NCBI RefSeq assembly: GCF_009914755.1
Contig: NC_060925.1
DNA length: 64,000 nt
Reading direction: 5' to 3' (one strand)
From: the human T2T-CHM13v2.0 reference genome, Homo sapiens
In this document: piece after piece, positions 1-10,448 of the stretch
How positions within the stretch are numbered: position 1 is the first letter of the stretch
Layout of the letters: every line of letters starts with the position of its first letter
Translations under genes and position numbers: made by a program
Notes under the pieces: model-generated
What the model saw: the letters and a program-made list of their open reading frames with translations, nothing else
What the model was told of the DNA's origin: nothing
Databases searched by the model: none

Positions 1-636
1 GATGGGATATTGATGTTGTGTGGGGTAAGGGTGATTAGGTTTTAATGAGATGGTAAGGGGTGCATGATCCGTCGCCAAAGAGGGAGTAGAGGTATCTTAT
101 ACTTGTGGGTTAAGGTGGGGGGATACAAGAGGAGGACAGATGCAAAGAGGATTTGGATTGGGAAGAAGGGCGGCAATGAGATATAGCTGTAGTCCAGGAA
201 TAGTCAGGGAAGCAGATAATTTAAAGTGTCTCAGCCTAATAAGGGAACTGGGCAGGTGGGGATAACTAAAAAGGAGTGCTTAAAAGAGTATTGTCTAAGT
301 TAGGACCAGAGTTGGGGAGTTTTAAGAGGTTTAGAAGCCTGGCCGTCAACACCCACAACAGTTATGAAGGCAAAGGAAACAGGCCCTTGAAAAGAAGGTA
401 ACGTGGAGTGGGTAGCCTCCGTATTGATTAAGAAGGGGACAGGCTTACCTTCCGCTGTGAGAGTTACGCGAAGCTCGGCATCCGTGAATGGTCTAGGGGG
501 CTTCCGAGGCGATCGTGCAGTGTCAGTCTTCAGCTGCTAAGCCGAGAAGATCTGGGAAGGAGTCAGTCAGAGAGCCTTGGGCCAGAGTTCCAGGGGCTCT
601 GGGAGTGGCTGCCAGGTGAGTTGAACAGTCCGATTT

Positions 637-1130
637 TCAGTGGGGTCCCGCACAGATGGGACGCGGCTTAGGAGGAATCCCGGGCTGCGGGCATTCCTTG
701 GCCCAGTGGCCAGATTTCCGGCATGTGTAGCAAGCTCCTGTGGGAGGAGGTTCTGGAGGAACGCCTGGCCACTGCGGTTCAGGCGTTTGGAAGTTCTTGT
801 GTGCTGGAGATGTGGCTGGGGTTTGTCTCACAGTGGAGGCAAGGAATTGCAAATTTTTTCTGTTATTGTACACCTTGAAGGTGAGGTTAATTAAGTCCTG
901 TTGTGGGGTTTGAGGGCCAGATTCCAATTTTTGGAGTTTTATTTAATGTCGGGAGCAGATTGGGTAATAAAATGTATTTTGAGAATAAGATGGCCTTTTG
1001 ACCTTTTAGGGTCTAGGGCTGTAAAGTGTCTCAGGGTTGCTGCCAAACGAGCCATGAACTGGGCTGGGTTTTTATATTTGATGAAAAAGAGCCTAAACGC
1101 TTCTGATTTGGGATAAAGAAAAAGGAGCAT
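637..1130 (-). pseudogene. gag: HERV-H gag remnant (capsid C-terminus and nucleocapsid zinc knuckle), split by stop/frameshift
   Basis: ORF 637-927 contains CYTCRKSGHWAKEC (CX2CX4HX4C knuckle); the second knuckle is degenerate (RPICAGPH then TGA); ORF 939-1130 is the upstream capsid portion. Confidence 0.9.
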
Positions 1131-1829
1131 TAACCTTGACTATGCCTTTGGCTCCAGCCACCTTTTTAAGAGTAAATTGCTGGGCAGGTGGGGGAGGGCT
1201 AGTCACGGAACGAAACTGTAAGCCGGACCAGGTGTGAGGAGGGGAGGTGATAAAAAGATTGTAGGGTGGAGGAGCAGAGGCTGAGGAAGAATTGGGACCT
1301 AGCTCGGCCTGGCGAGGAGCAGCCTGGGGAGGAAGGGAGAGGTCAGATGGGTCTGTAGAAAAGGAAGATTAGAAAGACTCAGCGATGCTTGGGGTTGGTA
1401 CTGAGGGGACAGGCGGGAGGGAAAGAAGGAAGATTTGGGACGAGTTGCACTGGGCACAGAGGCTAGGAAGGGACTGATGTGTAAAAGAATGCCTGGACGT
1501 CAGGCACCTCAGACCGTTTGCCTATTTTACAAGAATTATTTAGATTTTGCAGGATTGAAAAATTCAAAGTGCCATTTTCTGGCTATTTGGAACTACTGTC
1601 GAGTTTGTATTGGGGTCAAGCGGCATTGCAGAAGAAAATAAGGCATTTAGGTTTTAGGTCAGGTGTGAGTTGAAGAGGTTTTAAGTTTTTGAGAACACAG
1701 GCCAAGGGAGTAGGAGGAGGAATGGAGGGTGGAAGGTTCCCATAGTGAAGGAAGCAAGCCTAGAGAAAAGAGAGAGTAGAGAAATGGAGGGAAGGGTTTG
1801 GGGGTTCTTACCTTCCAGAAAAGTGGGAA

Positions 1830-2245
1830 AAGGGGTTGGGGTGCAGAGATAAGAGGTCAGGGTGTGGAAATAAGGGATTGGGGTACAAAGATATAAGAGG
1901 TTGGGGCACGGAAATAAGGGATTGGGGTGCAGAGATAGGTTGGGGCACAGGAATAAGGGATTGGGGCACAGAGATAAGAGGTTGGGGCATGGAAATAAGG
2001 GATTGGTGGTTCTTGCCCCATAGAAAAGCAGGACTTGCCGCTAAGGGTGAAGGAGAAGGGGTTGAGGGGTACTTGCCCCCCTCCTAGAAAAGTGGGACTT
2101 GCCAGTAAGGGTGAAGGAGAATGGGTTGAGGGTACTTGCCCCTCTCCCAGAAAAGCAGAGAAGGGGTAGAGACATGGAGAGAAGGGGCTGGGGTACTTGC
2201 CCCTTCCCCAGAAAAGCGGGACTTGCCGCTAAGGGTGAAGGACCA
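1830..2245. repeat. HERV-H leader tandem repeats (~24 bp G-rich units, then ~60 bp units)
   Basis: Units like gggattggggcacagagataaga at ~1830-2005; units like agaaaagcgggacttgccgctaagggtgaagga at ~2010-2245. Confidence 0.85.
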
Positions 2246-2513
2246 AGGCAGGCGTCCCTGCGTGGTCTGACACCCTTGAAACATGGGTGTATAATCAGAG
2301 AGGTCCCTGCAATGATTAAACACCAAGGGAAGGCTGCCTTCCCAGTCCGTGACCCGCGCCAGAGTTTTGGGTCCACGGATAAAACGTGTCTCCTTTGTCT
2401 CTCCCAGAAAATGAAAGGAATTGAAATTAAGAGAAGGGAGAGATTGAAGAGTGGAAAGGATAAAGTGGTTGAGGGACAGTGAGAGAGGTTGGAGAAGAGA
2501 GTAAGAAGAGGCT

Positions 2514-2522
2514 GCTTACCTG
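2514..2522 (-). promoter_or_regulatory. HERV-H leader splice donor (CAG|GTAAGC)
   Basis: Minus strand TTTTAAATCAG|GTAAGCAG with GT at 2519-2518, ~150 nt downstream of the LTR; a second donor GAAG|GTAAGA at 1811-1810. Confidence 0.75.
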
Positions 2523-2646
2523 ATTTAAAATTGGTGAGATGTTCCTTGGGCTAGTCGGTCTGAGGACCTGAGGGTCATAGGTGGATCTTTCTCACGGAGC
2601 AAAGAACAGGAGTACAGGGGATTGATCTCCCAAGGGAGGTCCCCCA

Positions 2647-2664
2647 ATCCGAGTCACGGCACCA
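2647..2664 (-). promoter_or_regulatory. Primer binding site complementary to the tRNA-His 3' end
   Basis: Minus strand TGGTGCCGTGACTCGGAT (18 nt), 2 nt downstream of the LTR end; defines HERV-H. Confidence 0.95.
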
Positions 2665-2666
2665 AA

Positions 2667-3117
2667 TTTCATGTGCATCTGTGTGAAGAGACCACCAAAC
2701 AGGCTGTGTGTGAGCAACATGGCTGTTTATTTCACCTGGGTGCAGGCGGGCTGAGTCCGAAAAGAGAGTCAGTGAAGCGAGATAAGGGTGGGGCCGTTTT
2801 ATAGGATTTGGGTAGGTAAAGGAAAATTATAGTTAAAGGGGGTTTGTTCTCTGGTGGGCAGGAGTGGGGGTCGCAAGGTGCTCAGTGGGGGTGCTTTTTG
2901 AGCCAGGATGAGCTAGGAAAAGGACTTCAAGGTAATGTCATCACTTAAGGCAAGGACCGACCATTTACACTTCTTTTGTGGTGGAATGTCATCAGTTAAG
3001 GTGGGGGCAGGGCGTATTCACTTCTTTTGTGATTCTTCAGTTACTTCAGGCCATCTGGGCGTATACGTGCAAGTCACAGGGGATGTGATGGCTTGGCTTG
3101 GGCTCAGAGGCCTGACA
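2667..3117 (-). mobile_element. LTR7, 5' LTR of HERV-H (451 bp, complete)
   Basis: Minus strand starts TGTCAGGCCTCTGAGCCCAAGCC and ends CACATGAAA; TATAAAA at 2803-2797; AATAAA at 2731-2726. Confidence 0.97.
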
Positions 3118-3869
3118 CCTATGATGATGATGGCATCTTATTCAATATCTACTATATAACAATTGAAATCTCTAAATGAAAGCCAAGGGTTTGGAAGAAT
3201 TGATGTCCTTTATTACTAAGGAGTAATAGACATGGAGACATCTGATACATCATGGCGTGTGTGTGTGTGTGTGTATGTGTGGTTGGGAGTGTGGGTGGTT
3301 AAGTATATGCGCATACGCTTATTGGGTAATGGAAGGGGCAGGTCATGGGAAAGGGAGATGCAGAATCCAACTTGGGTAAATTTGTTTTTTTCTAAGGTAG
3401 TCCAGCAGATAATTCAGTGAGAACATATTCTGAGTGACACCTACAGTGAGTATTTCCAGTGGGATCAAACAATCAAATAAAGAATTAAATAGAAAGCAGC
3501 ACAGAGTGATTTTTTAAAACATGCCTTCAAAACAGTCAACAACATAGTAAAGAAGAATTAAAGCAAATGAGGCTCATCTAGCTTGCTTTTCTCAACAAAA
3601 TTGGAGTAATTAAGTACAAAGGTAGTATGATAAGAAATTACATGAAAATAGGCAGATACAGACCAAAATTGCTTCCCCAGAATTCTTTCTCAGACTCCTA
3701 CTACCTTGCACTTTTCTGCTCCCCAGCCTCTCTCTCTCCCTAACCTAACTTTTCTGCTAAATATTTTCTGACTTTTGTCTCCCTCCTGTGCCTATACATT
3801 TTTGTAGCTTTTCTGAGCTCAGGCTTCAGCTCTTTTTTTCCTTCAGTAGAGACCACATGGTACCCTGAG

Positions 3870-4070
3870 ACACCATATCCTATGGAGCCCAAACTTGGTG
3901 TTATCATTGGCCAGCTGTGGGTTCTAGTCAAGTTATTTAGTCTCTCTGAGTGTCACCTGTCCCATCTTTTAAAATGAGTAAAATAATACCTACCTTAAAA
4001 GGTTTTAATGAAGTTTAGAGATATTCCTTCTAAAATTCCTGCCACCAGGTGGCTGCTTCATAAAATAGAG
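3870..4070 (+). mobile_element. MIR fragment
   Basis: caagttatttagtctctctgag...catcttttaaaatgagtaaaataatacctacctt resembles the MIR core. Confidence 0.6.
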
Positions 4071-4223
4071 CCCTAGGTATCAATAAGCCTTCAATCCCTT
4101 CATCTAAAACCCTTTGCTAACCTTAAGTATAATTTTTCCTTCCTTTCACAACACTACAGTATTGTATTTTTACTTTTTTAACTGTGATAAACTACACATA
4201 ACATAAAATTTACCATCTTAACC

Positions 4224-4525
4224 TTTTTTTTTTTTTTTTTTTTTTGAGACGGAGTCTCACTCTGTCACCAGGCTGTAGTGCAGTGGTGTGATCTCAGCTC
4301 ACTGCAACCTCTGCCTCCTAGGTTCAAGTGATTCTCCTGCCTCAGTCTCCCGAGTAGCTGGGACTATAGGCACGTGCCACCATGCCCAGCTAATTTTTGT
4401 ATTTTTTAGTAGAGATGGGGTTTCACCATGTTGGCCAGGATGGTCTCGATCTCTTGACCTCACAATCCTCCTGCCTTGGCCTCCCAAAGTGCTGGGATTA
4501 CAGGCATGAGTCACCATGCCTGGCC
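4224..4525 (-). mobile_element. Alu (AluSc-like)
   Basis: Full dimer with poly-T; TSD catcttaacc at 4214-4223 and 4526-4535; AluSc-like gatctcttgacctc. Confidence 0.93.
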
Positions 4526-4986
4526 CATCTTAACCATTTTTAAGTGTACAGTTCAGTAGTGTTAAGTATATTTACATTGGTGAGAAACAAAGCTCCAGAA
4601 CTTTTTCATGTTGCAAATCTGAAACTCCATACTAAGAAAATAACAATTTCCTATTCTCCCCCTCCAACTCCAAGCCTTTGGCAACCACCATTCTCCTTTC
4701 TGTTTCTACGAATTTGACTACTCTAGGTACCTCATGTAAGCCAATTTACATAACTTTTGTCTTTTTGTAACTGACATATTTCACTAAGCATAATGTCCTT
4801 AAGGTTGATCCTTGTTGTAGCATGTGTCAGAATTTCCTTCCTTTTTAAGGCTGAATAATATTCTATCTGTATGTATAGACCACATTTTGTTTATTCATTC
4901 ATCTTCATTGGATATTTGGGTTGCTTCCATCTTTTGACTGTTGCGAATAATGCTGTTATGAACACAGGTGTACAAACCTTTTGAGA

Positions 4987-5257
4987 GCCAGGTGCAGTGG
5001 CTCACACCTGCAATCCTAGCAATTTGGGAGGCAGAAGGATTCCTTGAGCACAGGAGTTTGAGACCAGCCTAGGCAACAAAGTGAGACCCTATCTCTACAA
5101 ATAATAATAATAATAATAAATAGCTTGGCATGTTGGCATATCGCAATTACTAGGAAGGCTGAGGTGGGAGGATAGTTTGACCGGAAGAGGTCACACCACT
5201 ACACTCCAGCCTGGGTGACACAATGAGACCCTAACTGAAAAACTAAAAATAAAACTA
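4987..5257 (+). mobile_element. AluJ
   Basis: gccaggtgcagtggctcacacctg...gagtttgagaccagcctaggcaac; (AAT)n middle linker; diverged. Confidence 0.88.
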
Positions 5258-7320
5258 ATCTCTTTGAGACCCTACTTTCAATTATTTTGGGTATATACCC
5301 AGAAGTGGAATTGCTGAATTATATGGTAATTCAACATTTAATGTTTTGGGGAATGGTCATACTCTTTCCTGTAGAAGCTGTGCCATTTTGCATTTCCACC
5401 AACAGTGCGCAAGGGTTCCTATTTTCTACATCCCTGCTGGCACTTGTTTTCTTTTTCTTTCTTTCTTTCTTTTTTTTTTTTTTTTTAATAGTAGCAATCC
5501 TAATGAGTATGAAGCAGTCTCACTGTGGTTTTGATTTGCATTTCCCTAATGCTTTGTGATGTTGAGCATCTTTTTATGCGGTTGTTAAACATTACTATAT
5601 TTTTATAGTTTTATATTTAGTTTTAACACCATCGCTTCAAATAAAAAGTATTTTTGAATGCATTCACTTTAATTCCTCAAATTTCCTCTCCCAAATTACT
5701 TATTTTTAGTTCATTTCTTGCTTACTCAGACTAGAAACTTGACCATCATTTTCATCATCTATTATACTGAATGACTCTTCAAGTCCTCACATTTCTGTTT
5801 TTGTGATGATTCTTACACACATTTTCCCCCACTTGGGCTGTCACCTACCTCATCCAGAAGCTATTTCCTCACACTTAGACACTGCAATGGCTTCCTATGC
5901 ACCATGACTTATTTTTTTGCACCAACTCCTATTCATCTTGAACACTGCTGCCAAATTAATCTGTCTTTAATATACCACATTTATTCTGAAATTAGTGTAA
6001 TGAAGAAATTGTGATAACTATTGCATACTCCAGAGGTTCTTAGATTTGTCTCCCATGGAATGTTTGTCTTCCCCAGAGCAGAAGTATTCTGTTGATAAAA
6101 TAAAGTAATGGTAGCCTTTTTCTAAATCATAGAAAAATTAAATTGACGGCTAATTTCTTTTCAATTTTAGGCTTTTCTCCTACTTTTATTTATTTAGCCT
6201 TCTACACTTGCCATTGTTTGATTGGTGGCAGCTCCTGGCAGATAACATTATAAGAATATATTATATATATATATATTTGAAATTAATTGAAAAGCTCGGA
6301 AGTCATTAATCATATCTAGTTGGGCAGCTTGGGATTTTTGCCACTGTCATCATAGCTATTTATTTTGTTAATAAAAATATGTGTATAGTTTCCTACTAGA
6401 TAAATATATGAATACTATAGTCATATTTTCAGCTGAGAAAATTTTTACACTTCATAAGGAACTAAAAGTACCCACATTAGTAATCCTTAATACTAACATG
6501 ACTCTCAGGTTCTCTGTAATCTGACAAATTTGAAAACCAGTGATCTAATAATTGATTCTGGACTCCTCAACTTCTAAAGGCAGTCTCCCTAAAGGGATAT
6601 CCTAAAGATGTTTATGATTTTCACATTTTGAGAGGGTGAGGAAAGGGGGGAAGCAGGTATTGCCAATGTTGGGAGATGATTTTCCACAGAATTTTCTTAT
6701 AAGAATCTGCCCTTGGAAAATAAAAGGAAGTCACAGGCATTATGTTCAGGGTTAGATATTGAATATAATTTTACAAACAATGTATGACCAATTAGAGAAG
6801 GGTCTGTTATGGCCTGTAAGATCCTAGGAGACATCTGTTTCAATTTGTGTGTATCTCACATAAGATAAAGCAAATGTGACAATGTTATTACCTTCCATCC
6901 TCTATCCATCTGCTGATACTAGGGAATGAGCCAACTGATGACCCCACCGTCCTGATGTCATAGCATAGGACAATGTGGGTCAGTCTTGAGCCAGCTTTGC
7001 ATGCATGCGTGGAAAAAGGTGACCCCAGTTACTGGCTTGGATGGCTTTACAGTTATATTTTTCTCATACAATAAGCAAAAATTTTACAAATTTTGTTTGA
7101 AGACCACAACCAATATTCTTGAACTCTCTCCCTGAATAAAGACCTTTGCAAGAGGGTCCGAGACATTTGCATCATCATTCAGTGAGACCTGTAAACACAG
7201 CATCTGCCTTTGACCACATCCATCTGGAAGAACCTGAGAGATAATCCATTTTATGAAATTTTCCCTACCCTGAAATGGGAGAATGGTAGGTAAAGTAGTG
7301 GCAATCCCTTCTTCCTTTTC

Positions 7321-7325
<5 letters not shown>

Positions 7326-7376
<51 letters not shown>
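7326..7376. repeat. (GT)n microsatellite, ~25 units
   Basis: Uninterrupted gt run. Confidence 0.97.
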
Positions 7377-7377
<1 letters not shown>

Positions 7378-8069
7378 TGTAAAGAATGCACACTTCAGGT
7401 AAAATATGTGAGCAGCTAGGGAAGGTTTGGATTATTCAGCTCATAAAACATTCCACATCATCCTCCAAGGTGTACACTTCCTCCATATCTAAACTTTCAC
7501 TATCCCCAACATTCACTCCAGCTAAGCCAGTCTCCTCCTTGTCCCTGGAACACATGACAACTCTCTACCACACCACCTCCATGCCTTTGCTCATGCTGTG
7601 TCTACACCAGGGATCATATCCCAGCCCTCCCTCCCCTCTGCCTCTCCAAATCCCATATATCCTTCCTCCAGGAAAACTTCTTGTATTATTCCAGTCCTCA
7701 TATATCTCACTATTTCGAAAAAGTCCCTCTGTGTTCAGAGCTACTCCTTTATTGTGCCAACACAGCATCATTCCATATTAACTGATTCATTCATTAACCA
7801 ATATTTAGTGGTTGCCAGCCATTTCCAAATAATTCTGCTAAATTCTCAGTTTTTACTGTGCTCAAGCAGATAAGTACACAAATAAGTATGACATAGACTA
7901 GAAAGTGAACATACATGAAAAAGGTGTGGCCATTCAGAAAAGAAGGCAATGAACTCTAACTGGAAGGATCAGGAAACACTTTGTGGAGGTGACTTTTGTG
8001 GTGGGAATTAAAGGATAGGAATGTTTGGAGGTAAAGAGTAGGGAATTCCAAACTCAGGAAACTGTCTGC

Positions 8070-8474
8070 AGGATGCATCTTGCTGGCAATACTTTGCTAC
8101 AAAGCTGCCTGAAGAGGTGTCAAGGAAAGCTTCTGGCTGCTAGGTGCTGCTGGCTGCCATTTGCAGTGAAATCTGTATACTAGAAAAGCTACCTGTATTG
8201 TAGGAACCAAGTTCTGGAGAAGCTCCTGGGCTGCTAGAACTGGGTGCTGGAGAAACCAGGTATGCTGAAGGAGGTTGATGAAACAAACACACTGTAATCA
8301 GAAAGAGAATCCCCTTCCTCCTGCAGTATTCCACCAATAACTTCTACTGACAAAGCTTAACATTATGTCAGCTGACTTAGAAGAAATATTTGCAGGGTCC
8401 AGCTGCATTATCCACAGAATAGTGAATGAAGGATGGAGTTGGAGCTGAAAGAAAATAAGCTGACAACTGGCACA
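8070..8474 (-). mobile_element. ERV-L LTR (LTR33-like), 3' LTR of the adjacent internal fragment
   Basis: ctactgacaaagcttaacatt...gaaatatttgcagggtccagct...ggagctgaaag...aactggcaca matches my recollection of LTR33; left boundary approximate. Confidence 0.65.
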
Positions 8475-8783
8475 GTAAAGTATTTGGCTCCACAGTCTCT
8501 ACGTATACCCTTCTATACATATTTACACTTCTGTGCAACAATGAAACAACTCTATATTTCACCTAAAAAGATACAGCTGTCTTAAAATGTAAAGAAGTCC
8601 TCAGCTTTGCTTTACAGTGAGGAGATGCACAGTCTCAGTTGTCATTATTTTCATCATTGGCTATATATTAAATATTTCTAAAATCCTGTCACAGTCTCTG
8701 TTACCTAAAAATAAATTTATAAAATTAACCCACAAGAACTTATATGTAAAATAAAAATAAGAAGAAGAAAATGTTAGCTTATA

Positions 8784-10129
8784 TGAGGGGTCTTCAAAAA
8801 GTTCACGGAAAATGTGTATTTTTTATATATATAAAAATAGATGTGTGGATTTCAAACATTTTCGGCACAAAAGTAAACTCGTGCTAACTTGTTATAACAT
8901 GCCTGAACAGAATCTAATTTGAAGCACTGAGAAGGATAAGGCATCCATTTGAAAAGGACTCCTATATTGCAACATGAATTCTGCTAAAATTGAAGCAAGA
9001 ACAAACATCAAATTTATGATGAAGTTTGGGTAGAAGAACGATGAAATTAGTGACGCTTTATAAAAAGTTTATTGGGACAATACCCCAAATGAATCAGCAG
9101 TTTAAAAATGGATAACTTATTTTAAGAAGAAACAAGATGATGTTGAAGATGAAGCCTGCAACGGCAGACCATCTACATCAATTTGGAAGGAAAAAATTAA
9201 TCTTGTTCATGCCCTAACGGAGGAAGACTGACAATTAACAGCACTGACAATAGCCAACAATGTAGACAGCTGGTTCACCTTACACAATTCTGAGTGAAAA
9301 ATTAAAATTGAGCAAACTTTCCACTCAATGAGTACCAAAACTGTTGTACCCAGGTTAGCTGCAAATAACAGCAGAACTTTCAATTGAAATTTTAAACAAG
9401 TGGGATCAAGATCCTGTAGCATTTCCTTGAAGAACTGTAACAGGAGATGAAACATGACTTTACAATATGATCCCAAAGACATAATCAAAGCATAATCAAA
9501 GCAATGACTGCCAAGAGGTGGAAATGGTCAAGTCACAGCAAAAGCAGATGAGCAATGAGCAAAGGTCATGGCAAAGTTTTTTGGTGATGTTCAAGGTGTT
9601 TTACTCGTTGACTTTCTGGAGGGCCAAAAAACAATAACATCTACTAATTATGAGAGTATTTTGAGAAAGTCCGTCAAAGCTTTAGCAGAAAAACACCCAG
9701 GAAAGTTTCACCAGAGAGTCCTTCTTCACCATGACAATGTTCCTACTCATTTTTCTCATCAAACAAGGGCAATTCTGTGAGATTTTCCATGAGAAATCAT
9801 TAGGCATCCACCTTACAGTCCTGGTTTGGTTCCTTCTAACTTCTTTTTGTTTCCTAATCTTAAGAAACTTTTTACCTTAAGTTAAAGTATATAGCTATTT
9901 AAGATTTCCTAATCTTAAAAAAATTTTTCTTCAGTTGATAATATGAAAAAGATTGCACTGACATAGTTAAATTCCCAAGACCCTCAGTTCTTTATGAATG
10001 AACCAAATGGCTGATGTCATTGTTTATAAAAGTGACTTGAACTTAACGGAACTCATATTGAAAAATAAAGTTTATATTTTATGTTTTTACTTGTTAATTT
10101 TATTTTTCCACAAATTTGGAAGTCCCTTG
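8784..10129 (+). mobile_element. HSMAR2 mariner DNA transposon, full length
   Basis: Left TIR tgaggggtcttcaaaaagttcacggaaaatg; degenerate right TIR tttttccacaaatttggaagtcccttg; TA at 8782-8783 and 10130-10131; ~1.35 kb. Confidence 0.95.
8974..10068 (+). pseudogene. Hsmar2 transposase pseudogene (multiple stops and frameshifts)
   Basis: Starts MNSAKIEARTNIKFMMKFG*; contains VTGDET, LLVDFLEGQKTITS..Y, VLLHHDNVPTH and HPPYSP mariner motifs; ends ...IEK*. Confidence 0.93.
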
Positions 10130-10181
10130 TACATACAATAAGATAAATATGCAAAGTGACCACGGTCTTCATTTCTATAAT

Positions 10182-10243
10182 TGGTTAAGATGCTATTCAT
10201 AATTGACATCTATGGTTAAAATGCTATTCACAATTGATATCTA
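10182..10243. repeat. 31-bp tandem duplication
   Basis: tggttaagatgctattcataattgacatcta followed by tggttaaaatgctattcacaattgatatcta. Confidence 0.85.
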
Positions 10244-10392
10244 TGATTTTATTTTTCCATAATCCATTTTATATTTTCATCTTTCTCAGTCAGAACTTCA
10301 GCTGTTTGGGGTTCTTTACCTGGTAGAGTGATCCAAACCTTCATTCTTTAAGGGCTCACTTGTTGTTCTGCTTTTTCTGCCTTTTTGTTGTT

Positions 10393-10437
<45 letters not shown>

Positions 10438-10448
10438 ATAGCTTTTCA

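Larger units (their letters stand above)
1..2666 (-). mobile_element. HERV-H provirus internal region (leader, decayed gag, pol fragments); continues beyond the left edge
   Basis: Minus strand reads TTTGGTGCCGTGACTCGGATTGGGGGACCTCCCTTGGGAGATCAATCCCC directly after the LTR; HERV-H-type leader repeats; gag-like peptides (FIKYKNPAQFMARLAATLRHFTALDPKRSKG; GPQTPQQDLINLTFKVYNNR). Confidence 0.97.
4165..5590 (-). mobile_element. L1M (L1MA/MB-type) 3' end, interrupted by two Alus
   Basis: aatttgactactctaggtacctcatgtaag, tttttaaggctgaataatattc, gggtatatacccagaagtggaattgctg, gtggttttgatttgcatttccctaatg. Confidence 0.85.

Noticed and set aside
1830-2245. Regularly spaced repeats that superficially resemble a CRISPR array
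   Set aside because: Degenerate tandem units with no unique spacers, inside the HERV-H leader of a mammalian genome; no cas genes.
2647-2664. tRNA-His 3'-end match as a possible tRNA gene
   Set aside because: Only the 18-nt retroviral primer binding site; no cloverleaf.
4288-4517. Alu-derived ORFs here and at 21159-21603, 21860-22183, 27578-28149, 46014-46382, 48051-48233 and 63436-63697
   Set aside because: Typical Alu translation products (e.g. [18 protein letters not shown]), not genes.
9568-9780. Transposase ORF as an active or domesticated gene
   Set aside because: Only a 70-aa fragment; the surrounding frame has many stops, frameshifts and an insertion.
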